Part shown: one piece after another, positions 42,520-53,445 of the stretch
How the letters are laid out: each line of letters opens with the position of its first letter
Numbering within the stretch: the first letter of the stretch is position 1
Made by a program: the position numbers and the translations under genes
Origin: Octopus sinensis
Taxonomy: Eukaryota
Reading direction: 5' to 3'
NCBI RefSeq assembly: GCF_006345805.1
Contig: NC_043008.1
Span: 42,904,001-42,968,000 of the forward strand
Length of the DNA stretch: 64,000 nt
The notes under the pieces: model-generated
What the model saw: the letters and a program-made list of their open reading frames with translations, nothing else
Databases searched by the model: none
What the model was told of the DNA's origin: nothing

Positions 42520-43090
42520 CAAGAGGGTGAGTCAAAAAGTAATGTTATTTTTTTAAGGACAGGTATAATTACCAACACAGGAACTTGTATCATACATCAA
42601 AATGAAGCTGGTCCTCTGTGGATCACATCCCTACTTCTCAACATAGTCACCGTTTCTCTCAATAGCAATGTTCCACCTTCGAATGAGAGCATGTATCCCT
42701 GACCCGTGGAGTTCTGTTGACTGTTCTTTGAGCCACTTCTTCGTTACAGTTTTCGCTTCTTCGTCACTGGAATAATGCTTGCCTCTCAAAGTCTCTTTCA
42801 CGAGGCCAAAGAGATGATAGTCTGAAGGCGCTACATTATTCCAGGGACGAGGAAGTGGACCTGTAGTGACGAAGTGGCTCAAAGAACAGCCAACAGAGTT
42901 TTACGGGGCAGGGATACATGCTCTCATTCGAAGGTGGAACATTGCTATTGAGAGAAACGGTGGCTATGTTGAGAAGTAGGGATGTGATCCACAAAGGACC
43001 AGCTTCATTTTGATGCATGATACATGTTCCTGTGTGGGTAATTATACCTGTCCTAAACGAAACGGCATTACTTTTTGACTCACCTTCGAA
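42520..43090. mobile_element. Mariner-derived fold-back element made of two inverted 3' ends
   Basis: Both arms (42520-42777 and 42834-43090) encode the transposase C-terminus (KWLKEQ..GIHALIRRWNIAIERNG.YVEK) and end in a GGTGAGTCAAAAAGTAATG TIR. The 56-nt spacer encodes APSDYHLFG. Confidence 0.9.
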
Positions 43091-43287
43091 CATATATATA
43101 CTCATACGAACATTGAATTTGTATGTAATCTATGTATATATGCTTGAGCATTCGTATATACATGTATGTGTGTGTGTTTGTGTGTATATATATATCATAT
43201 AATATATATATATAATATATATCTATATATCTATATATATATATATATATATACACACACATATATATGTAAATAAATAATAATATA

Positions 43288-43372
<85 letters not shown>

Positions 43373-43629
43373 GTAAAAATAGTGACAATTACTCGGTAAC
43401 CAAGATAAAACTCTGGTGGAAATCCACACCACCATCTCTTCGGTTATCTGGAGATGGCCAGATAACCGAAGAGATGGTGTTGTGGATTTCCACTTCAGCA
43501 TCTGAAACTCAGAGTTTTATCTTGGCTACCGAATATTGTCACATATTATTTTACGGATAAATTCCTCTATTTACATAATATGAGGTCTCTTTCTTTGTTT
43601 ATCTTACCGTTTTTACCTTATATTATAAT

Positions 43630-43676
<47 letters not shown>

Positions 43677-44010
43677 TATATTGCAATCATCCGTGATAGA
43701 ATATTCAACAAAAAAGTACTCCTACATACATATATACATACAAACATACATACAGATATACATGAATCATGCACACACACATATACACACACACACGCGC
43801 GTGCCTTCATATATATAAATCGGGGCTAAACTGTCACTTCGCTGTCCGCTGCATATTTGTCAAAGGCGCAACTTGAAATGACATTCAGCCCCTTCGTAAA
43901 ATAAATTTAACTCTGCTCTCACTGTTGAGGCCTTTCAACAGCAGCAATTATTTGTTGTGTGTCACTCAACAAACTTAACATTAATACATACATACATACA
44001 TATATACATG

Positions 44011-44050
<40 letters not shown>

Positions 44051-44226
44051 TATGTATATAATATATATCATGTTATATCATATATTAATTTTTTTTATTA
44101 GTACTTTAATATTGAGTAACGTCGATGTGTGATTTATATGAATAGATCTATGCACATAGATTTGTATACACACTGCACCACATACACACACACACATATA
44201 TACATACTGTGTATATATATATATGC

Positions 44227-44263
<37 letters not shown>

Positions 44264-44310
44264 ATATATGTATTATATTATATATATATATATATTATAT
44301 AATATATATA

Positions 44311-44357
<47 letters not shown>

Positions 44358-44769
44358 ATGTACATACTTATAAGACAATATATTTGTAACGGTTTCTATT
44401 CAATAAAATATTCGTTGATTCCCTTTGTTCGACATGTTTCCCCGTTGCTCGCATCGATCATCGATCTTGTAATCTTTACATAACAATTTCAAACTCAACA
44501 TTTTGCTAGCTAAATAAATGCCAGATGTACAATAACCAGACATCCGTAGTATCAACATTTTAATAAGAATCTACCATTTATTAGTATTATTTTTTTTATA
44601 TATATCTTAGAACATTTTCTTTTTTCTTTTTCTTTATGTTTAAATCTCTGATTAATGTTAAAACATAACAAATATTTCAAAATTATTTCCGTTTTAAATT
44701 TCATTTTTTCTCTTATTTTTTAAACAAGAATCTTCGTTTCGTTTCAGGTTTTTTCGTTTCTGTTACCAT

Positions 44770-45448
44770 TTATCTTTTACATATATTTTCAAATATTCGG
44801 AGAAAAGCACCACGGACCTCCTGGTACGTTAACCACAGCAGCGGGTTTAGTCCGAGAAATGATATCCCTAACAAATAGAAAATATGTGGCCGGTCTGAAG
44901 GTGGCATGCAATTATCCGTCTCACAAAAGGCCATGACAGCATTTTCGCAGTTGTAGGGGAAACTCATGGCGAGGAAAAAAAAGTTGACCAAACATACGGA
45001 AAACAGCGAGTTGTGTTCACGGAACGGATACGGAAGTTGCGGTTGACCTTGTTCGTCAAACATATGGGTTCCGTCTGGAGGTTGTCGGTGATGAGGATGG
45101 AGAACCACGGTGACCAGTATGGCGAAGGTAAGACCTAGAATAATTAAGGCGGGGATGAAATACATGACAAAGGGCGAAACCATGGCGTATTCTTTGTGTA
45201 GCGCATAGACACACATTCCTGGGAAATCTGGGAAAAACTGTTTGCCTTTCACCCATATAATGATGACCAATGAAATGCCGAGCAGCCATGGAAAGATGAC
45301 CATCAGAATGAGAGCAATGACCTTCATGTTCTTCACATAACGTTTCGCATCAAGGACAAACATCAAACGATCGATGTTCATCATTACAATGACCAGAGCA
45401 GAAATACAGCTGAGGGTGACGTCCATTAAAACCCAGGCTTCACAAAAT
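44770..45448 (-). CDS. Class A GPCR, coding exon 3 (TM3-TM7, helix 8, stop)
   Basis: Acceptor ttcctttctcttttgtag|A at 45449/45448 completes the phase-2 Arg codon, giving WSLGQR-FCEAWVLMDV. Then IDRL (DRY-like), W4.50, ECL2 Cys, P5.50, FPY (P6.50), NPLLW and helix-8 RGAF. Open frame to the stop at 44770. Confidence 0.95.
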
Positions 45449-45664
45449 CTACAAAAGAGAAAGGAAATGAGAAGAAAATTAGGGAAATATTACAACGAAT
45501 GGGAGGAGAGAAGGATTGCGATCTCCATCTTCAAAATTTTTTTATTCCTCCCCATCCACATCACCCCCTTTGCCTCCTGCTTTGGAATTGCTACCTATTT
45601 GTTCATATGTATTGTATATGTATGTGTGTATGTATGTGTGTATGTATGTACGTACGTACGTTCG

Positions 45665-46640
45665 TATTCTTTTATTCTTTTACTTGTTTCAGTCATTTGA
45701 CTGTGGCCATGATGGAGCACCGCCTTTAGCCGAGGAAATCGACCCCAGGACTTATTCTTTGTAAGCCTAATACTTATTCTATCGGTCATTTTTTCGCCGA
45801 ACAGCTATATTACGGGGGACGTAAACACACCAGCATCGGTTATCAAGCGATGTGGGGGGACAAACACAGACACACAAACATATACACACATATAAATAAA
45901 TAAATAAATATATATATATATAGATAGATAGATAGATAGATATACATTTAAATGCCGCACGCTAGGAGGGACTTTTAGAGTCATAACTACCAAATATAAA
46001 CAAATCGTACCGAATGCAATTCTCGAAGCGAGTCATTTAAAAACAGAATTTAGCTCCAGATCACCTGTGATTTCGCAATCAACGCAGTATCCGCGTCCCT
46101 GCTCGTCAGTGAAGCGAATTCAAGATATATCATGTTTATTCATGATATAGCTTGAATTCGCTTCACTGACGAGCAAGGGACGCGGATACTGCGTTGATTG
46201 CGAAATCACAGGTGATCTGGAGCTAAATTCTGTTTTTAAATGACTCGCTTCGAGAATTGCATTCGGTACGATTTGTTTATATTTGGTAGTTATGACTTTA
46301 AAAGTCCCTCCTAGCGTGCGGCATTTATGTGTAATAATGCCCTCTATATAATATAAATAAATATTTTCAAGTGAAAAAATTTATAGATTTTTTCTCTTAT
46401 GAGGTTTTTCACGCTAACTACTTGATAATTTCTTATTAAGATTTTATCCTATTTTTTAAATATATATACATACATATATACTACGGGATTCTTTCATTTT
46501 CCGTCTAGCATATCCACTCACAAGGCTTTGGTTGGGCCGAGGCTATAATAGAAGACATTTGCCCAAGGTGCCACGCAGTGGGACTGAACCCGGAACCATG
46601 TGGTTGATAAGCAAGCTACTTACCATACAGCCACTGCTGC
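45665..46640 (-). mobile_element. SINE family B copy split by an insertion (halves about 45665-45890 and 46480-46640)
   Basis: The 3' and 5' halves match the intact copies at 49625-49990 and 53068-53445 and are colinear. Confidence 0.75.
45949..46327. repeat. Near-perfect palindrome: arms of 186 and 187 bp, 6-nt loop (TTTATT, 46135-46140)
   Basis: Arms are reverse complements with 2 substitutions and 1 single-base indel by my count. TA at both outer ends. Confidence 0.95.
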
Positions 46641-46701
46641 GTTTGTGTGATGTACGTATGTATGCATACACACACATACTATTAATATATGCATACATAC
46701 A

Positions 46702-46740
<39 letters not shown>

Positions 46741-47517
46741 CATGCTTGTACACACACGCACGCACCCACACACACGCACCCACACACATATATATGCGTG
46801 TGTGTGTATGGTAGAGATATTGCTGTTTAGTGGCAAATGTAGGCTCCAAGTATTTTTTCTTTAAATTCTTGCGATTCTGGCTTCATACATCTGAGAATGT
46901 AGTCGCCTGTCTGCACCTACAAGCCTTCTGGTAACATGGAGCAGAGGGAAATTCTTATTAAATATATATGTATATATGCATATACACCCATGCATACACG
47001 CATACACACATCCACACACGCGCGTGCGTGCACCCCCATACATATATATACATATATATATATATACAATACATATAATGTTTAGTTTTAGGTCCTTTCT
47101 TCTCCAACCTTTCCTTCCCGGGAATTATTATGCAGCGTTTATCGCGGCATTAAATCTTAATTAAACATGTTTCACAACATTATATAACATCCCCAATTGT
47201 TTACGTCTAAAATAACATTGTTTGAAATTATCGATCGAGACCGCCTTTCTTCTATTCATGCCACATTATAGAGTTGCCATCGGAATTCCTTGTTTTGTCT
47301 TCGTAGCGTTCTCTTGTTTGTTTTAAAGACGTCTTGCTTAATAAGGAATCTATGGCGCTAATCGACGAGGTATTGGTGCGAGTTCTTTGAAATATTGCGA
47401 GTTGATATAGAATACAATATTTAATTGAGTCACATTACACATACACGCCTATATATATACATATACATATATGTTTGTATGGTCATATATATATATGTAT
47501 GCATATATATATATATC

Positions 47518-47570
<53 letters not shown>

Positions 47571-47633
47571 TATATACATATATATATATACATATATATA
47601 TGCATACATACATATATATATAACCATACAAAC

Positions 47634-47673
<40 letters not shown>

Positions 47674-47742
47674 GTAAATATATATATATACATACATACA
47701 TACATATATATACACACACACACACACACCACACACACACAC

Positions 47743-47784
<42 letters not shown>

Positions 47785-48619
47785 TATATACATACGATGA
47801 TTGATCTCTTTGATATGTTTCTAGAGGAACGAATTGTAAAGTCGAATTAGATATTGGCAGATCAGTTGATCGTATTGACTTTGAGATATCGATGTGCCGA
47901 GTGTGATAGTCGTTATCTGGCTCTGTGTGTTTAGAACCGAAGAATGGTAAGAATTAGACGGAATATTTGTGAAGTCATTGTTTGAGGGTCAACCACTGCA
48001 AGACTATTGTTCTCTTGTTCTCTGCATTGGCACACATTTTTCTCCTGCGCCCTCTGCCTCCTCCTCATTCCCTCCCCCTCTCCTCCTCTTTTTATGAGTC
48101 CATATTTTTGGCAGCACACACACATCACTCATACACACGCATAGACATCTCTCTCTTTCTCAGTGTATACAGATATACACATACATTTACGTGCCTGTAT
48201 ATGTATGTATATATATGTATATATATATATACATACACACATATATATATATATATATACATACATGCATATATACATATGCATCCATTTATATATATAT
48301 ATATACATATGTATGTCTTACACTATATATAAAAGTTAATACATTATACATACAACATACACATACATATATATTTGTATGTGTGTGTGTGTGCACGGGT
48401 TCGCATGTGTGTTAGAACAAACAGGATGAAGAGAAAACAATACATGCCTGTATATATATTTTAATGATTATAATCGGCAGAGTTCGCAGAGTGACTTGAG
48501 TGTCGAAAACTTCGTTCATGGGATGTAATTGATCTCTTATACGTCCCATGAAACACGAAACACTCGGCCCTTGAGTTACATTGTAATTCCCGATTAAACG
48601 TGAAAATAAAAGTGATCTG

Positions 48620-49330
48620 AGCATTGACAATGGCGAGTGTTACATCCTTCCATGTGCATATTAACCAAGTTGGCAATCAAATGCAGGTGGTGGACCGGAT
48701 GGAGTCTTAGAACATTCAGAAGAAGAACGCAGAAAACCATGATGGTCTTCTGGAGGATATTTCTCCTAAGCTGCCTTGACTAGTGTTCCCAACTACGGCC
48801 ACCACACCGCGTGAAATTAATAGCGGAACTTGGTGCAGTCAAGCGAATCTACACGAAGAAGATAGCCGTAATGCAGCGAATTAGCCACTAGGAAAGATTG
48901 AAGAGGCTAAGACTTTACTTCCTGGAAAAAAAAAAGGTGGGAAAGAGATGCTGCAATATACATCTTGAAGATTCTGGAAGTAATTGTCCCAAACATTGGC
49001 ACTGAAAGTTATACAAATGCCAGAACAGGGCATCATTGCTTAGTGCTTAAAATCCTTGCCCTGGCGTCAAAATACAGGACCAGATATTGCAATAGCTTGC
49101 GATTCAAGGGATTCAAAGAATGCCGGCGTCTTCAAGACTAAACTGGATATCCTACTGCCAAGAGTCCCAGATGAACCAACTTCACAACAGGAAGATGTAA
49201 TAAGGGGAACAGCATCAAACTCCCTCGTTCTCCAAAAGCCAGGTATGAAAGGAAAATTAATGAAGGGGCAGCACGCCATTTGGCGGTGCTCCAGAATGGC
49301 CACAAAACTTGAGCGGAATTAATAAAAAAT
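48620..49330 (+). mobile_element. CR1/L2-group LINE 3' fragment, antisense within GPCR intron 2
   Basis: Broken frames give LRTFRRR, ERLK.LRLY, YI.KILE..VPN.G, YCNSL.FKG and FKTKLD.LL..VPDEP, typical of a post-RT C-terminus. Confidence 0.75.
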
Positions 49331-49624
49331 ACAGGTATACTCATTTACTACATAGGTATATATCTACGTATGTAAAGTTGAAAAAGTAAAGCGCTTACAC
49401 ACAAAATATACACTTTTACGAAATCATTTTCGCAAAGATTTTTCTTTAAAACAATTTTTTTAGAAAATATTAAAAACTAAACAAATCTTTCTTTAATTAT
49501 GGTGGCTGTGCGGAGTATATTTTGCAGAAGCTTTTAAATATGTACACACACACGTACACACATACACGCGCACACACATACACGCACATATCACACATAC
49601 ACGCACATATACACACATATCTTT

Positions 49625-49990
49625 TATCTTGTTTTAATTGTTTCAATCATTAGACTGCGGCCATGCTGGGGCACCACTTGGAAGAATTTGTAGCCGAATG
49701 AATCGACACAAAGACTTAAATTTTAAAGCCTGGTAATTATTCTATTGCTCTTTTTTGCTGAACCGCTAAGTTACGGGGACACAAACATACCAACGCCGGT
49801 TGTCAATCGCTAGTGGATGATAGAAAGATACACACATGCACACATATTTATACGAAGGGTTTCTTTCAGTTTCCGCTTGCCAAATCCACTGATAAGGCTT
49901 CGGGATGTTTGAGGCTACAGCAGAAGACTGAACCCCGAAACCATGCGGCTGGGAAGCGAAGTTCTTACCACACAGCCACACCTGCACCAG
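49625..49990 (-). mobile_element. SINE family B copy starting about 27 nt inside GPCR intron 2
   Basis: Family B blocks from ttgtttcaatcattagactgcggccatg to cttaccacacagccac. Confidence 0.8.
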
Positions 49991-50017
49991 TATACACCTG
50001 ACGGATCATATACATAC

Positions 50018-50337
50018 CTTTGTCCCAGACTCCATTTGTGTAGATCATCATAAACGGCAAATGGTAGATTTACAACACACATCAAAAGCTGGATGGTGGT
50101 CAAACTGAGTATGTACAAGGTAATAACCAGTCGGCGTGCGCTTTTCGATGAAACGAGGGCAATGATGAGTATTAAGTTGGCAAGAAATCCCCAAAAGGCC
50201 AGCAGCCCTTGGAAAATGACCATTCCATAACGAGTTTTACCGTCTTCACCTTCAACAGGAATTAGTTTCCCAGCTGATGAGTTGTAGTAGAGCGTGTAGA
50301 CGTATTTGTAGCCATCGGAGTCTTCGTAGGAACCCAT
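50018..50337 (-). CDS. Class A GPCR, coding exon 2 (N-terminus, TM1, TM2, ECL1)
   Basis: Acceptor tttttcttttaccttcag|ATG at 50338/50337. Encodes TM1 (GFLANLILI, N1.50), TM2 (SLTTIQLLMCVVNLPF) and the ECL1 motif WSLG. Donor CAAAG|GTATGT at 50018/50017 is phase 2. Confidence 0.92.
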
Positions 50338-50873
50338 CTGAAGGTAAAAGAAAAATTGGTTAATGATAATGCTACTATTAATAATTATATTATATTACTA
50401 CTACTAATAATAATTATAATCACAACAATGATGATGATGATGATGATCAGCACTCAACTACCGAGGGTTCCGAGAAGTTAAATATGATAATAATGACAAT
50501 TTCTTAAATCGTCACAAGGCCAGGAATTTGTTGAGGAGGTGGATGGTGGGAAGAGGCGTTATATGAAAAGTTGACTGAGGTGGAATTTGAACTCACAAAG
50601 TGAAGAGACGTAATCAAATACAAATGATCTAATATAACAATATCATCTCCATTACTCCATCTAATGCAAACAAACCTACGAGAGCTGGTCGTTGTAGATA
50701 CTAGAAATGGTTTGTATTGATACATTAGTCGCCATTGTAAACTTAATCGAAGGATTAACGATAATCTGAAAAGGTTAACATATATATATAACGCATCGTA
50801 TTCAGTTCTTGTACATTCGAGTTTGTAAAATATGGCCAGGGAAGGCCATAGACTGTCACAGGGCAGACGTTAC

Positions 50874-50927
50874 CGGGTGGAGACAGAGGTATGTTTCGTT
50901 GCTTAGTGAGAGGTTAGGGCCATTCAT
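50874..50927 (-). CDS. Class A (rhodopsin-like) GPCR, putative coding exon 1 (MNGPNLSLSNETYLCLHP)
   Basis: Not in the ORF track. Minus strand reads ATG at 50927, then 18 codons ending CCG|GTAACGT (phase-0 donor at 50873). Phase matches the acceptor directly before 50337. It encodes two N-glycosylation sequons (NLS, NET), typical of GPCR N-termini. Confidence 0.75.
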
Positions 50928-50933
50928 TTCGTG

Positions 50934-50972
50934 TCAGTATCTCAGAGATTTGTGCAGAGCAATGGAAGACAT
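50934..50972 (-). promoter_or_regulatory. Upstream ORF (MSSIALHKSLRY*) in frame with the GPCR start
   Basis: ATG at 50972 with A at -3, TGA at 50936-50934, then CAC GAA before the GPCR ATG at 50927. Confidence 0.55.
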
Positions 50973-51560
50973 TATTTTCAGACTGGAGACTTGCCCTAAA
51001 TGCTTCCAGTAGAATCGACAACGAGAAAAAGGCAGCTGTGCTGTGGTGTTGAATTTGGGTCACGTATTAAACCAACTACCAAAGTTGAAAAGCGGACAAG
51101 CAGAATCTCTTCAGAAGAAGATACTTAAAGAGATTTCATAATATTTTCATGAAAGCACCAATGGAATCATAACAATGAACGACAGAAAATGGTTAGCAAA
51201 GAATTCTTCCTGATGTAAAAATAGTTTTGAAAAATAGAAATAAAACAAATTGAATTTGAAATATCGATTGTCAGAGTTTGATACCACAATGCGTTTGACT
51301 AATCCGGTTTGTGTTTGTAAATATGACAAATCGTGCAATGAAGGTTGTTTTAAATTAAACCCTGAACCGATGCGACTATCAGCTCACAAAGTATCTTATT
51401 GCATTTATGATAACAATAATTGGAATCTCAATAGGTCACTTGCTGATCTTGTTCTAACTGTTTACTGGCGGTTTAACCCGAAATGTCAACAAGGACTAAA
51501 CTTGCTTGAACACACAAATTAAACTCATAAAATACGATGAACTCTCGCAAATATTGTTGT
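50973..51560 (-). promoter_or_regulatory. Candidate GPCR 5'UTR or proximal promoter
   Basis: About 600 bp with no microsatellite or SINE directly upstream of exon 1, in a window where repeats are dense. No TSS can be defined from sequence. Confidence 0.3.
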
Positions 51561-51655
51561 ATAAGTTCAACCGTTGGAATTTTTTGTTGTTTTATGGAGG
51601 ACAAAGTTTAAAATAGTAGCATAAGCTGGGCGAGATTACTTTGTAAATAATATTT

Positions 51656-51868
51656 GGCGGCGTGTAGGGAGAATCGTTAGCACGCCGGACAAAATGCTTG
51701 ACGGCATTTCGTCCGCCTTCACGTTCTGAGTTCAAATTTCGTCGAGGTCGACTTAGTCTTTCATCCTTTCGAGGTCGATGAAATTAGTACCAGTTCTTCG
51801 CTGGGTCGGAGTAATCGACTTATTTCCTCCCACAAAGTTGCTGGCCTTGTGACAAAATTTGAAATCCA
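51656..51868 (+). mobile_element. SINE family A, near full length
   Basis: gaatcgttagcacgccggacaaaatgc...ttctgagttcaaatt..gaggtcgactt..tttcatcctttcgaggtcgat. Confidence 0.85.
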
Positions 51869-51906
51869 TATATATATATATGCGTATGTGTGTGTGTGTG
51901 TGTATG

Positions 51907-51942
<36 letters not shown>

Positions 51943-52828
51943 CGTGTGTGTATGTCTGAACATAAAGTCAGGAGGGATGAGAGGTGAATATGTATTTATA
52001 TAACGATGTGACTTCCATAGGATTACAGCCGTTTCACAACATTCTTCATGTAATATTGATTTGCAAAACGGCCATAATATTATAGAAGTCACGTGATTAA
52101 ATAAATATATATTCACCTCTCATACCTCCTGAGTTTATGGCTTTATATAATCCGCATGAAATAATTTCATCGATCAGATCTTTTGGATTTTCAATCGCAT
52201 GGACACAGTGCATTACGTTTCTTTGTAAATGATTACTAGTCAACTGATAGCCGAGTCCGCAAGAGAGGCTTTCTGTGACTGCCGTATGATTCCGTCACAT
52301 ACTATATTACTCATTTATAAATACAATACAATACAATATAATACAATACACACACACACATTTACACTTTTACGCATGTATACACACAGATCACAGTATC
52401 GACCAGACTACCGGATGTTGTTATATATCGCTGATTATAATACATCTTCGAATGATGCCACTTTCTTGGGTAGGAGGGCTGGCCATACACGCACATATAC
52501 ACGTTTATATATATACGTCTACATATATTTGCTTTAAACAAAATGGCGATAAAGCATTATGTTAATTAATCTCTATTGTTTACCAAAGGTTATGTGCATG
52601 GACGTGTTGCGTTCAGTTTATCTTTTATTTTTAATACCGAAGCTCTGTCTTAAAAATATTCGATGTCACACGCACACAGACAAGTGGCATCAACTTCGCC
52701 ATTACAGACGGATACAGAAAAAAGACCTCTACACATAAGAACAATAGAAATGTCTAACAGAGTATTGGCGATATGCGGCAGTTATCTTAGTAAAGGGCAA
52801 AAAGAGGACATATGCAGTCTTTCAAAAC

Positions 52829-52873
<45 letters not shown>

Positions 52874-53067
52874 ACACACACACACACAGATATTGTTTGA
52901 TGGAGAAACATACACCGAGAATCTTGAATTCCTCGCTCGTCATTCATTTTTGTCATTTTGGTGAGAAAATAGTTTTTTTTTATCGTAAAACAGGAATTTC
53001 TTCGAGAAAGACTGCGTAAAATCTACACAGAAATATTTCAAAATCCATTTAAAGGATTGCAGAATAA

Positions 53068-53445
53068 TTTTAAACTTTAGCCGCAGGAGTGGCTATGTGG
53101 TTCCGGGTTCAGTCTCACTGCGTGGCACCTTGGGCAAGTGTCTTCTACTATAACCTCGGGCCGAGCAAATCCTTGCGAGTGGATTTGGTAGACGGAAGCT
53201 AAAAGAAACCCGTCGTATATATGTATATATATATATATGTATGTGTGTGTATATGTTTGTGTGTCTGTGCTTGTCCCTCCAACATCGCTTGACAACCGAT
53301 GCTGGTGTGTTTACGTCCCCGTGACTTAGTGGTTCGGCAAAAAGAACCCATAGAATAAGTACTAGAAAGTCCTGGAGTTGATTTGCTCGACTAAAGGCGG
53401 TGCTTCAGCATGGCCACAGTCAAATGAATGAAACAAGTAAAAGAA
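53068..53445 (+). mobile_element. SINE family B, near full length
   Basis: gcaggagtggct.tgtgg..ccgggttcagtc.cactgcgtggcaccttgggcaag...ggccacagtcaaatgaatgaaacaagtaaaaga. Confidence 0.85.

Noticed and set aside
49915-50017. C-terminal part of ORF 49915-50337 (YVYDPSG...)
   Set aside because: Read-through past the GT donor at 50017 into intron and SINE sequence. The spliced junction restores the WxLG..C motif.
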